DNA of 12,495 nucleotides from Bdellovibrionota bacterium FG-1 (GTDB taxonomy: Bacteria; Bdellovibrionota; UBA1018): positions 1 through 12,495 of the forward strand of contig JBBCAW010000094.1 of assembly GCA_051382295.1 (NCBI GenBank). Direction: 5' to 3'. Made by a program: the position numbers and the translations under genes. This document shows, in pieces, positions 1 to 8,487 of this stretch. The notes beneath the pieces were generated by a model, which saw only the letters and a program-made list of their open reading frames with translations, did not search any database and was not told where the DNA came from. The stretch's first letter is position 1; each line of letters opens with the position of its first letter.

Positions 1-54
1 TACCGTCTCAAACAGGCTGCGGCCAGGATTGCCAACAAGAGCGATTCAGGTTAA
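1..54 (+). CDS. 3' end of an unidentified gene (partial), ...YRLKQAAARIANKSDSG*
   Basis: Frame 1 is open from base 1 to TAA at 52-54 and is followed by hairpins and the convergent trmO stop. Too short to identify. Confidence 0.45.
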   Translation, partial: YRLKQAAARIANKSDSG

Positions 55-75
55 GTCCGTGGGACGTCTTGCCGC

Positions 76-121
76 TGGCCGGTTTTGACCCGGCCACGAC
101 TGGCCGCTTTTCAAGTGGCCG
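76..121. terminator. Two tandem GC-rich hairpins between convergent genes (possible bidirectional terminator or RNA-stabilising element)
   Basis: TGGCCGG-TTTTGAC-CCGGCCA (76-96) and GGCCGCTT-TTC-AAGTGGCC (102-120, one G-U pair). No clear U-tract follows in either direction. Confidence 0.45.
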
Positions 122-145
122 CCGGGGATTGCTAAGATTCAAAAC

Positions 146-907
146 TTAGCGCTCCTTTTGAAAATCGACACCTTCTTTAAAATCGACTACATCGAGAACT
201 CTAAACCGTCCATCTTGAATCTCCCATTTGACATCGTAGTCAAAAAGCCGAAAACCGTACCGGGTCCCTTGGGCTTCAGGCAGACCAGGTGGCATGCGCC
301 GCTGTTGAAAGGCTGGGCGTGGATCCAGGCTTAACATTTCGGTGATCAGAGCTTGAAGGTTGGGCTGCTCGGAGCGGGCTCGTAACGCGATGGCTTGAAG
401 TGCTTGGTCGGAAAAGTCGATAGTAATCCGCTGAATGGGTTGCTCGGCCCAACCGGCTTTGGCTTCTGGAATTGAGTCCGCATACGGAAGGTAGGGTTTG
501 ATATCGAGTACGGGGGTTCCGTCGAGAACATCGACTCCGCTCACGTGGATTTCAACTCCTCCGGTGGCTTCCAGGTCAATTCGCTCGAGCTTCACCGCCG
601 AAAGTCCAATCGGATTGGGGCGATGAGGCGAGCGGGACGCGAGGACCCCTACCTTTTTTGCTCCGCCAAGGCGAGGCGGCCGAATCGATGGTTTCCAATT
701 TTTTGCGTCGTTTTGGTGAAAAACAAAGATCACCCAAAGATGACTGAATCCCTCGAGCTCGCGCACTGCGGTTTGCAAGAATGGATCAGGATTGAGTTTG
801 ATCACACCGTGAGCCCCCACCACTAGACCGGGTTGGCGAGGAATTCCGAACTTTTCTTTAAAGCAGGTTTGCAGAATCCCGATGGGAGAAAAACTGAAAT
901 CTTTCAT
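146..907 (-). CDS. trmO: tRNA (N6-threonylcarbamoyladenosine(37)-N6)-methyltransferase TrmO (TsaA/YaeB family)
   Basis: Family motifs KFGIPRQ, EGFSHLWVIFVFH, GVLASRSPHRPNPIGLS, GVDVLDGTPVLDIKPY and C-terminal DPRP. The start overlaps the ileS stop (ATGA, 907-904). Confidence 0.95.
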   Translation of the reverse strand: MKDFSFSPIGILQTCFKEKFGIPRQPGLVVGAHGVIKLNPDPFLQTAVRELEGFSHLWVIFVFHQNDAKNWKPSIRPPRLGGAKKVGVLASRSPHRPNPIGLSAVKLERIDLEATGGVEIHVSGVDVLDGTPVLDIKPYLPYADSIPEAKAGWAEQPIQRITIDFSDQALQAIALRARSEQPNLQALITEMLSLDPRPAFQQRRMPPGLPEAQGTRYGFRLFDYDVKWEIQDGRFRVLDVVDFKEGVDFQKER

Positions 908-3900
908 TTTCGGGCCAAAGCTGTCACCGCAATGAGTATTTTTTCACCATCGATATCCGCCTCCTCGATATGTTTTCCCTGGGGTTCAGCAGTAATCTTA
1001 AATTGAGTGGCCAACGTATCTGCCTGAATCATTTCACGATGGATTTCTGCCGCTTCTCGCAAAGGGCCCTTACAATCGAGTTGTAAATCAATTCGATCGT
1101 CGAGAATCAAATCCGCAGACTTACGAGAGGCTTGAATTTTTCGAATGATTTCTCGAGCTAAGCCTTCCCGAACTTGTTCCGGAGTAACCGTGGGGTCGAT
1201 ATCAATCGAAACAAATTGGTGAACGGAGAGATTGGGTTGCGTCCCTTTGGCCGCCCGGCGAATTTCTACGTCCGCCGTGGTGATCTCTTCTCCCTCTAGG
1301 ATGAGCGTTTTACCATGCTCCAGTGCCAGAAGTTGATCGAGTGACAATTTCGCGATTGCACCAGCCACCGTTTTCATCTTAGGGCCAAGTTTTGGGCCCA
1401 GGGTCGGGAAATTAGCCTTGGCAGAAATCTGGATGTAAAGGTCTTCGTTTGAATCGTATTTGACCGTTTGAATGTTGAGTTCTTCGGTAAAATATTTTTC
1501 AAATTTAGCGACGTTTTCCAGGACTTTTTTGTCGCGATGAATGACGGTCATCGTCCGCAGAGGAATTTTGGCGCGAACTGATATTTTTTCACGGTAGTTA
1601 CGACCGAGCATGACGAGTGACTCCATCACTCGAACGGCTTCTTCAAGTTCGGGACGAATTAAAGCTGGATTGGCAATGGGGAATACTTCGAGATGAATGC
1701 TTTCCTTTTTGATTGAATCCGCCAAGACTTGGGAGAGGTTCTGGTACGTCGTCTCGGCCATGAAGGGGGCAAATGGGGCCATCAGTTTGCTTAGGGTCGT
1801 GAGCACTTCGTAAAGTGTTTCGTACGCTAACCGCTTGTCTTCAGGCATTCCCTCTTGCCAGAAATGGGAGCGATTGAAGCGAATATACGTATTCGTCAAA
1901 TCCTCAATGAATTGAAGAAGGTGAGGTACGACATTGTAGAGCCGATAGGCCGACATTTCGCGCTGCGTGTTTTCGATCAGGGTGTGGAGGCGTGAAATGA
2001 CCCATTGGTCGAGGATATTGGGCGATTTTTGAGCGTCGCCCCGAGGGCGGAAGTCGTCGATATTGGCGTAATTGATAAAGAACGAATAACTATTCCACCA
2101 TCTTAAGAGGATTCGCCGGACAACGTCGGTCACACCCTTCTCAGAAAAACGCAGCTCTTGGGCCTTAACGACGGGCGAGTCAATGAGATAAAGTCGGAGT
2201 GCATCCGCGCCATGCCGATTCAATACTTCGTTGGGATCGGGGTAGTTGCGCTGACTTTTGGACATCTTTTTACCGTCTTCGGCGAGCACCAGCCCATTGA
2301 CCACGACATTGCGAAACGGCGCCTGGTCAAAGAGCGCGGTGCCGATGACCATAAGCGTGTAAAACCAGCCGCGGGTTTGATCGAGCCCTTCCGCAATAAA
2401 GTCAGCGGGAAAGTTCTTCTTAAAATCGTCGGCATGGGTTTCAGGGTAACCCCATTGCGCGTAAGGCATGGAGCCTGATTCAAACCAGCAATCCAGTACC
2501 GGTTCGATGCGTGTGAGCGCGGATTTTCCGGTGGGGGAGGGGATCGTGATTTTGTCAACAAAGTCGATGTGAAGGTCTTCGACTTTTTGGCCTGAAAGCT
2601 TTTCCAGTTCGGCTTTGGAGCCGATGCAAATCATTTCCCCTTCGGGGTTGCGCCAAATGGGCAGAGGTGTGCCCCAGAACCGATTGCGCGATATTGCCCA
2701 ATCACGGGCGTTTTCGAGCCATTTTCCAAACCGCCCGTCTCGTAGATGATCGGGAACCCATTGGGTCGTGGCGTTGTTTTTGAGGATGCTCTCTTTGATT
2801 TTTTCGACTGAAACAAACCAGCTCGAAACCGCGCGATAAATGAGAGGGGTATCTGTCCGCCAGCAAAATGGATAGCTGTGCTCAATGGTTTCTTGCTTGA
2901 AAAGCAGGCCCTGTTGTTTAAGGGCCGCAATGATGTCTTTATCGGTGTCTTTGACCCTCCGGCCTTGGTAGTCCGCAACTTCGGAGGTGAACATCCCGTC
3001 GTCGTCCACGGGGTTGACGATAGGCATGCCCTCTTTTTGGCAGGCAAAATAATCTTCTTCGCCAAAGGCGGGTGCCATGTGCACGATACCCGTCCCGCTT
3101 TCGGTGGTCACGTGGTCTGAGTGAATGACCCGGAAAGCGCCTTCCGATTTTTTGGCGGAAAAATACGGAAATAAGGGTTGATAACGTAAGCCGAGCAACT
3201 CTTTGCCCGTGAGTTGGCAAAGGACTTCCACATCATCGGCCGGATTTTTGTAGGTCGAAGCGAGCAAGGCTTTTGCGATAATGGTTTGGTCGCCGGTTGC
3301 TTTTTCGCGGAGGCATAAGTATTCGATCTCTTTTCCAACGGCGAGACCTAAATTACTCGGGAGGGTCCAAGGGGTCGTCGTCCAAGCCAAAATATAAACG
3401 GGGGATGCTTTCGCAACAGGAGAGGGAAGGGCGCCTTCGGTGACTTTAAAACGTACCGTAATGGCGGGGTCCTGAACCTGCTTGTAGTTGAGGTTGGCTT
3501 CGAAATTAGAAAGAACAGTAGAGATCCCAACTGAGTAGGGCACAACTTTGTACCCTTCGTAGATGAGGCCTTTTTCCCACATTTGTTTGAAGACCCACCA
3601 CACACTTTGCATGAACGACACATCCATGGTGAAGTAGGGGTTTTCCATGTCGACCCAACGGCCAACCCGGCGAACCGTTTGCTTCCATTCTTGCGAATAC
3701 CGCTGAACAATGGAGCGACAAGCGGCATTGTATTTATCGACTCCGAATTCGATAATTTGCTTACGGGATTCGAGTTTGAGGGCTTTATTGATTTCGTGTT
3801 CGACGGGCAGTCCGTGACAATCCCAGCCAAAACGGCGGGGCACCGCATAACCTTTCATGGTCCAATAGCGGGGTACGACGTCCTTAAGAACGCCTGCCAA

Positions 3901-4089
3901 AAGATGGCCGTAATGCGGAAGGCCGGTCGCAAAAGGAGGGCCGTCATAAAAGCTAAACGGCTTGGACGTCGCACTTTGGGTCATCGACTTTTGGAAAATC
4001 GAGTTTTTATCCCAGAAATCAAGGATTTGCTCTTCTTGGGCGGGAATTTGAATGTCGGATCTTACGGGCCAAAATGGTTTTTGGGACAT
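904..4089 (-). CDS. ileS: Isoleucine--tRNA ligase, type 2 (IleRS2, eukaryote/archaea-like), about 1061 aa
   Basis: FYDGPPFATGLPHYGH (HIGH), GWDCHGLP, editing-domain WTTTPWTLPSN and GTGIVHMAPAFGEED, DWAISRNRFWGTP, EGLDQTRGWFY and KMSKS. The C-terminus (EGLAREIIRKIQASRK) is IleRS2-type with no FPG-type zinc finger. Start placed at ATG 4089 (MSQKPF), 13 nt after the upstream stop; the 4182 start would overlap that gene. Confidence 0.97.
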   Translation of the reverse strand: MSQKPFWPVRSDIQIPAQEEQILDFWDKNSIFQKSMTQSATSKPFSFYDGPPFATGLPHYGHLLAGVLKDVVPRYWTMKGYAVPRRFGWDCHGLPVEHEINKALKLESRKQIIEFGVDKYNAACRSIVQRYSQEWKQTVRRVGRWVDMENPYFTMDVSFMQSVWWVFKQMWEKGLIYEGYKVVPYSVGISTVLSNFEANLNYKQVQDPAITVRFKVTEGALPSPVAKASPVYILAWTTTPWTLPSNLGLAVGKEIEYLCLREKATGDQTIIAKALLASTYKNPADDVEVLCQLTGKELLGLRYQPLFPYFSAKKSEGAFRVIHSDHVTTESGTGIVHMAPAFGEEDYFACQKEGMPIVNPVDDDGMFTSEVADYQGRRVKDTDKDIIAALKQQGLLFKQETIEHSYPFCWRTDTPLIYRAVSSWFVSVEKIKESILKNNATTQWVPDHLRDGRFGKWLENARDWAISRNRFWGTPLPIWRNPEGEMICIGSKAELEKLSGQKVEDLHIDFVDKITIPSPTGKSALTRIEPVLDCWFESGSMPYAQWGYPETHADDFKKNFPADFIAEGLDQTRGWFYTLMVIGTALFDQAPFRNVVVNGLVLAEDGKKMSKSQRNYPDPNEVLNRHGADALRLYLIDSPVVKAQELRFSEKGVTDVVRRILLRWWNSYSFFINYANIDDFRPRGDAQKSPNILDQWVISRLHTLIENTQREMSAYRLYNVVPHLLQFIEDLTNTYIRFNRSHFWQEGMPEDKRLAYETLYEVLTTLSKLMAPFAPFMAETTYQNLSQVLADSIKKESIHLEVFPIANPALIRPELEEAVRVMESLVMLGRNYREKISVRAKIPLRTMTVIHRDKKVLENVAKFEKYFTEELNIQTVKYDSNEDLYIQISAKANFPTLGPKLGPKMKTVAGAIAKLSLDQLLALEHGKTLILEGEEITTADVEIRRAAKGTQPNLSVHQFVSIDIDPTVTPEQVREGLAREIIRKIQASRKSADLILDDRIDLQLDCKGPLREAAEIHREMIQADTLATQFKITAEPQGKHIEEADIDGEKILIAVTALARK

Positions 4090-4102
4090 GCTTTTGGATA
4101 GC

Positions 4103-4753
4103 TTATTTTCCGATATAACGCCAGCCGTCCCATTCAAGTGGAGCGCCGTTTGAGCCGGTACTGCCCCCTCGAGGGGTGCCACAATAAAATCGCATCACAA
4201 AGGCAATATGGGATGAAGGGGAGGGTATGAATTTTCCGGTCATCGAAAACCAGGCCACGTTGAGTGCCCCACCCATGGAAAATTTGGGGGTGGCGGAATA
4301 GAGGTACCCGACTTCGGCCAAATAAACGGCGCCATTGGAGGTATAACCGAAGGTATTGATGCTGGGCGATTCTGCGGCACTCGTCATGATGAATGGAGCA
4401 GCGCCAACTGAAGCATAGAAGCTTTGGAATTGGAGCCTGAGCAGAGCTGCGGGCATCAGGAGTCCTAGATTGAGGTTGTCCACCGTACCCGAAAGGTAGT
4501 CGGTTTCGAGTCCCAATTGAATATCAAGTCCGTGGCGGACTTCGAGGGGGCTATAGAAAAAGCCAAATTGAATGCCGACCCCCATGGACGAAGCGGCAGA
4601 GCTACTCGTGCCGAAAACTTGGTCGCTACTACGGATTTGAGAAATCCCTGTTTGGGTTTCGATGTAAAAAGGGTAGGCGTGCGCAGTGCGTGCCCCCAGG
4701 AGGAGGACCGCTAGAAGTAGGTTCGCTGAAATAATCCAATTTTTACTTTCCAT
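4103..4753 (-). CDS. Hypothetical exported protein, probable outer-membrane beta-barrel with a C-terminal tail
   Basis: Sec signal ending AHA|Y. Several alternating hydrophobic/aromatic strands (GVGIQFGFFY, LDIQLGLETDY, FYASVGAAPF, YLAEVGYLY, FSMGGALNVAWF, IAFVMRFY). Purine-rich AAGAGAG upstream of the ATG. Confidence 0.7.
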   Translation of the reverse strand: MESKNWIISANLLLAVLLLGARTAHAYPFYIETQTGISQIRSSDQVFGTSSSAASSMGVGIQFGFFYSPLEVRHGLDIQLGLETDYLSGTVDNLNLGLLMPAALLRLQFQSFYASVGAAPFIMTSAAESPSINTFGYTSNGAVYLAEVGYLYSATPKFSMGGALNVAWFSMTGKFIPSPSSHIAFVMRFYCGTPRGGSTGSNGAPLEWDGWRYIGK

Positions 4754-4778
4754 TTCTCTCTTTTAAGGCCCCTGTCTT

Positions 4779-4807
4779 AGGGTATCGCGTCAAGTGACTG
4801 GGTTCAA
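4779..4807 (-). promoter_or_regulatory. Candidate sigma70 promoter for the barrel-ileS-trmO operon
   Basis: Minus strand reads TTGAAC (4807-4802), N17, TACCCT (4784-4779), 25 nt before ATG 4753. The spacer contains the palindrome GTCA-AG-TGAC (4789-4798). Confidence 0.5.
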
Positions 4808-4827
4808 GAAGGGATCATTTAGGAGCA

Positions 4828-4843
4828 TGTCCTGCTGGACACA
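4828..4843. promoter_or_regulatory. Palindromic candidate enhancer (UAS) for a sigma54 activator
   Basis: TGTCC-TGCT-GGACA inverted repeat, which also fits TGT-N10-ACA. It lies about 105-120 nt upstream of the predicted sigma54 start site. Confidence 0.4.
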
Positions 4844-4854
4844 TCTCCATCCTT

Positions 4855-4883
4855 TTGACAGGTGATTAACGAAGCTATAGGTT
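4855..4883 (+). promoter_or_regulatory. Candidate sigma70 promoter, + strand
   Basis: Perfect TTGACA (4855-4860), N17, TAGGTT (4878-4883, TAnnnT pattern). Confidence 0.5.
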
Positions 4884-4892
4884 TGTGTTATT

Positions 4893-4905
4893 CAAATCGT
4901 TGATA
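4893..4905 (-). promoter_or_regulatory. IHF binding site
   Basis: Reverse complement TATCAACGATTTG matches WATCAANNNNTTR exactly. It sits in AT-rich DNA about 43-55 nt upstream of the predicted sigma54 start, the usual position. Confidence 0.65.
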
Positions 4906-4921
4906 TTATTGTCTTTTTTTG

Positions 4922-4937
4922 TGGCATAAGGATTGCT
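4922..4937 (+). promoter_or_regulatory. Sigma54 (RpoN) -24/-12 promoter
   Basis: TGGCATAAGGATTGCT versus consensus TGGCACGNNNNTTGCW, with exact GG-N10-GC spacing. Predicted start near 4948, just before RBS GAGG (4952-4955) and ATG 4964. Confidence 0.8.
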
Positions 4938-4963
4938 TTCTATTGCCTAGAGAGGTTATTTTT

Positions 4964-5275
4964 ATGAAGAGCAAGTGGATCGCCCTGACGTTATTTTTAC
5001 CGGCCATTTTAGGCACTCCTTCTATTGCCTACGCTGACAGAAGCAATGCCGAGAAGTCGTTCATCTTCGTGGTTCTTTTGTTGGCCTCCGGTGGGGATGT
5101 GCTTGGTGCTGCTGAGCATGTACCGCTTTCAAATTCGAAAGGTGTGAATCAGCCAGGAGGTAGTCCGGCTGTTTCTGATCGCAAAGACCGGGCTCCCGCT
5201 CAGGTTGACGATGATGTCGGCGGCTATTGCGGAGTGACCACAAATGGGTCTCCGTTTACCGGAGTGGCGAGGTAA
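4964..5275 (+). CDS. Small hypothetical secreted or membrane protein (103 aa)
   Basis: RBS AGAGG 8 nt upstream. Signal peptide [25 protein letters not shown], a second hydrophobic patch FIFVVLLLA, then a G/P/S/D-rich tail. Has its own sigma54-like promoter. Confidence 0.75.
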   Translation: MKSKWIALTLFLPAILGTPSIAYADRSNAEKSFIFVVLLLASGGDVLGAAEHVPLSNSKGVNQPGGSPAVSDRKDRAPAQVDDDVGGYCGVTTNGSPFTGVAR

Positions 5276-5331
5276 CGCTTCTCCCTTTATTGCTTGCTGC
5301 TTTCCCCGGATTCCATGTACATAAATCCCTT

Positions 5332-6912
5332 ATGTCCTACCAAGATACGCTACGGAAATTGGCTGAACGCGAACAGAAAGCTGAACTTGGAGGGGGCACT
5401 GAGCGCATCCAAAAGCAGCATGCGGCCGGCAAGTTGACCGCGCGTGAGCGGATTGCACTCCTCATGGATCCCGGCAGTTTTGTTGAATTGGATAAATTTG
5501 TTACCCACCGGTGCTCCGACTTCGAAATGCAGGAGCAAAAATACCTCGGCGATGGCGTAGTCACAGGCTACGGGACGATCGGTGGTCGAACGATTTACGT
5601 TTTTTCGCAGGATTTTACAGTTTTTGGCGGCAGTCTTTCCGGCGCACATGCGTCCAAGATTTGCAAAGTCATGGATTTGGCCCTTAAAACGGGTTGTCCG
5701 ATCATCGGGCTCAATGATTCCGGCGGAGCACGAATTCAAGAGGGCGTGGAAAGTCTCGGCGGATACGCTGAAATTTTTTGGCGCAATGTGCAAGCGAGTG
5801 GTGTGATTCCTCAGATCAGCGTGGTTTTGGGGCCTTGTGCGGGGGGGGCGGTTTATAGTCCTGCCATGACCGACTTTACCTTTATGGTCGATGGGTCTTC
5901 TTACATGTTTGTCACGGGTCCCGATGTGATTAAGACGGTCACTCATGAGGATGTCACCAAGGAGGCGCTGGGAGGCGCTGAGACTCATTTTGAAAAAAGT
6001 GGGGTTTGTCATTTTGTGGCGCCGAACGAGCGTGCGTGTTTGCAGGCCGTTCGGAAACTGATCAGTCATGTGCCTTCGAATAATTTGGACGAGCCGCCTC
6101 TGAGCAACGGAGGCGCGGGTGGGGTTCAGGCCGAAGATCCTAAGGATCGCGCCTGCATCGAAATTGCGAAGCTTTTGCCTGATAGCTCGAATAAGCCTTA
6201 TGACATCAGGACTTTGGTTGCGGACGTCGTGGATCATGGCCAGTTCATGGAAGTTCAGGCCGGCTATGCACCCAATATCGTGGTGGGGTTTGCGTGGTTA
6301 GGCGGCAAGAGTGTCGGGGTTGTGGGTAATCAGCCAATGCACCTGGCAGGGTGTTTAGATATTAATGCGTCGAGTAAGGCTGCGCGATTTGTCCGGTTTT
6401 GTGATGCGTTTAATATTCCGCTGATTACGTTTGTGGATGTGCCGGGATTTTTGCCCGGAACTGCGCAAGAACATGGCGGGATTATTAAACATGGCGCCAA
6501 GCTCCTGTATGCGTTTTCGGAAGCCACTGTGCCAAAGTTGACAGTCATCACGCGAAAAGCCTACGGAGGCGCTTATGACGTGATGGCTTCGAAGCATATT
6601 CGGGCTGACTTTAATTTCGCATATCCCAAAGCTGAAATTGCCGTCATGGGTCCTGAAGGCGCAATCAATATTTTGTATCGCAAAGAAATGGCTATCGCTG
6701 AGAAGGCGGGCAGGGCCCCCGAGGAGCGCGCACGGCTTGTGGAGCTTTATCGCAGTACTTTTGCCAACCCCTTTAAGGCGGCTGAGCTGGGGTATGTTGA
6801 CGAGGTGATCGTGCCGGAGGAAACTCGCCGTCGCTTAATTGCGGGACTGAAAGCGCTTGCAGGAAAGCGTGAACGCGGGCCTTCGCGTAAACATGGCAAT
6901 ATCCCGCTTTAA
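5332..6912 (+). CDS. pccB: Acyl-CoA carboxylase carboxyltransferase (beta) subunit, propionyl-CoA carboxylase-like, about 526 aa
   Basis: [80 protein letters not shown] and the RKHGNIPL terminus. Start placed at ATG 5332. Confidence 0.93.
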   Translation: MSYQDTLRKLAEREQKAELGGGTERIQKQHAAGKLTARERIALLMDPGSFVELDKFVTHRCSDFEMQEQKYLGDGVVTGYGTIGGRTIYVFSQDFTVFGGSLSGAHASKICKVMDLALKTGCPIIGLNDSGGARIQEGVESLGGYAEIFWRNVQASGVIPQISVVLGPCAGGAVYSPAMTDFTFMVDGSSYMFVTGPDVIKTVTHEDVTKEALGGAETHFEKSGVCHFVAPNERACLQAVRKLISHVPSNNLDEPPLSNGGAGGVQAEDPKDRACIEIAKLLPDSSNKPYDIRTLVADVVDHGQFMEVQAGYAPNIVVGFAWLGGKSVGVVGNQPMHLAGCLDINASSKAARFVRFCDAFNIPLITFVDVPGFLPGTAQEHGGIIKHGAKLLYAFSEATVPKLTVITRKAYGGAYDVMASKHIRADFNFAYPKAEIAVMGPEGAINILYRKEMAIAEKAGRAPEERARLVELYRSTFANPFKAAELGYVDEVIVPEETRRRLIAGLKALAGKRERGPSRKHGNIPL

Positions 6913-6927
6913 GGTAAGGGTGTGAGC

Positions 6928-8487
6928 ATGGGCAAAAGTATGATTGAGAGTGTAAAAAACCGGGCTCCGGTGTTGATTGCGAACCGGGGAGAAATTGCGA
7001 TCCGAATCGCCCGCACTTGTCGCGCGCTCGGCTTTCCGACCGTGGCCGTGTACTCGGATGTTGACCGATTTTCCGAACATGTCAAAGTTTGCGACCGAGC
7101 TTATTACATCGGGGAAGCGAGTCCGAAGGAAAGCTATCTCAATATTGACCGGATTTTGGATGTAGTGAAGCAAAGTGGTGCAGGTTTTGTGCATCCCGGG
7201 TACGGCTTTTTGTCAGAGCGACCACATTTTGTTGGAGCTTGTCAGGGGGCGGGGGTGGTTTTTGTAGGACCATCAGCCGAAAGCATGCGTCTGATGGGAG
7301 ACAAGATCACGGCCCGCCGTACGGTCGATGCACTGGGCATTCCTCGTGTGCCGGGAAGCGCAGATGCCGTTCGAGATTGGAAAGAGGCGGCAAAATTTGC
7401 GCACGAGGTGGGTTATCCCATTTTGTTGAAGGCCACTGCCGGGGGCGGCGGTAAAGGGATGCGGCGCGTGGATCAAGAGTCTGAAATCGCGGCCGCATTT
7501 GAAGGCGCCTCACGAGAGGCTTTGAGTGCGTTTGGTGATGGCTCGATGTATGTTGAAAAGCTCATTTTGGAGCCTCATCATGTTGAAATTCAAGTGTTTG
7601 GCGACGGTAAAGGCCGGGCGATTCACCTGGGTGAGCGTGAATGCTCTATTCAGCGACGGCATCAGAAAGTGTGGGAAGAATCTCCTTCGCCTATTTTAGA
7701 TCGTCATCCTGAGACGCGCCCAAAAATGTTTGAGGCGGCGGTGAGAATCGCTAAGCATGTTCAGTATGCGGGAGCGGGAACTCTTGAATTTATCGTAGAT
7801 GGAAAAGGAAATTTTTATTTCCTAGAAATGAATACTCGGCTTCAGGTGGAGCATCCAGTCACCGAATGGGTCACTGGAGTGGATCTAGTGGCATGGCAGC
7901 TGCTTTTGGCGGCGGGTGAACTCCAATTGCCTTCAGTGTCTCCTGAACGGCGTGGGTCTGCCATCGAAGTCCGTCTTTATGCCGAGGATCCCATGACGTT
8001 TTTGCCCGCACCGGGCCAATTAGGGGCGATTGAGCTCCCCTCTGGATCGTTTGTTCGGACTGACTCAGCTTTTTCGGGGCCGGGCGAGGTCAGTCTTCAT
8101 TATGATCCGATGATCGCAAAGATTTCAGTCTGGGCCTCATCTCGAGCCGATGCGATTGACCGGATGAGGGCCGCACTGGATGAGGCGCGTGTTGAGCCTC
8201 CGAAGCGTTTAGATGGAATGAGAATGGGGTCTTTGCGAACCAATCTTTCATTTTTGAGGCGATTGGTGCGTAATTCTCGGGTGATTTTGGGAGAGACTAC
8301 GACGGATTTGATTGCCTCTCAACCCGAGTTGGTGGCGGCAGCTTCGGAGACTCCTACCTTGGAGGCTGCATTGGCGTTGGCTACTTGGCAGCTTTTGAGC
8401 GAGGGCGCTGGGCCGAGCTTAGAAAATAATAGGAAGGCTGATTCTCGATGGGAGCTCGTTGCTCGACGAGAAGGGGTGCGCTCGTGA
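6928..8487 (+). CDS. Biotin carboxylase subunit of an acyl-CoA carboxylase (N-terminal half of a split PccA)
   Basis: LIANRGEIA, HPGYGFLSE, KATAGGGGKGMR, ERECSIQRRHQK, FLEMNTRLQVEHPVTE, RLYAEDP and YDPMIAK; no biotinyl domain. The start could be GTG 6922, ATG 6928 (AAGGG upstream) or ATG 6940. Confidence 0.93.
   Translation: MGKSMIESVKNRAPVLIANRGEIAIRIARTCRALGFPTVAVYSDVDRFSEHVKVCDRAYYIGEASPKESYLNIDRILDVVKQSGAGFVHPGYGFLSERPHFVGACQGAGVVFVGPSAESMRLMGDKITARRTVDALGIPRVPGSADAVRDWKEAAKFAHEVGYPILLKATAGGGGKGMRRVDQESEIAAAFEGASREALSAFGDGSMYVEKLILEPHHVEIQVFGDGKGRAIHLGERECSIQRRHQKVWEESPSPILDRHPETRPKMFEAAVRIAKHVQYAGAGTLEFIVDGKGNFYFLEMNTRLQVEHPVTEWVTGVDLVAWQLLLAAGELQLPSVSPERRGSAIEVRLYAEDPMTFLPAPGQLGAIELPSGSFVRTDSAFSGPGEVSLHYDPMIAKISVWASSRADAIDRMRAALDEARVEPPKRLDGMRMGSLRTNLSFLRRLVRNSRVILGETTTDLIASQPELVAAASETPTLEAALALATWQLLSEGAGPSLENNRKADSRWELVARREGVRS

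Noticed and set aside
116..133. Sigma54-like TGGC...TTGCT
   Set aside because: GG-to-GC spacing is 12, not the required 10.
2158..4101. Several alternative-frame and antisense ORFs inside ileS
   Set aside because: Nested in a highly conserved gene, with no motifs or supporting signals.
4090..4182. Longer N-terminus for ileS
   Set aside because: It overlaps the upstream gene's 3' end; IleRS-like sequence begins near ATG 4089.
4754..4810. T-box or attenuator upstream of the ileS operon
   Set aside because: No T-box motif, leader peptide or terminator hairpin is visible, and another gene precedes ileS.
5290..5325. Separate sigma70 promoter for pccB
   Set aside because: TTGCTT and TTGCTG boxes exist but no TAnnnT lies at 16-18 nt spacing.
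5227..5331. Longer N-terminus for pccB
   Set aside because: TTG start inside the upstream ORF; the extension does not resemble carboxyltransferases.
5350..6237. 295-aa antisense ORF
   Set aside because: Lies entirely opposite pccB with no recognisable motifs; a typical shadow ORF.
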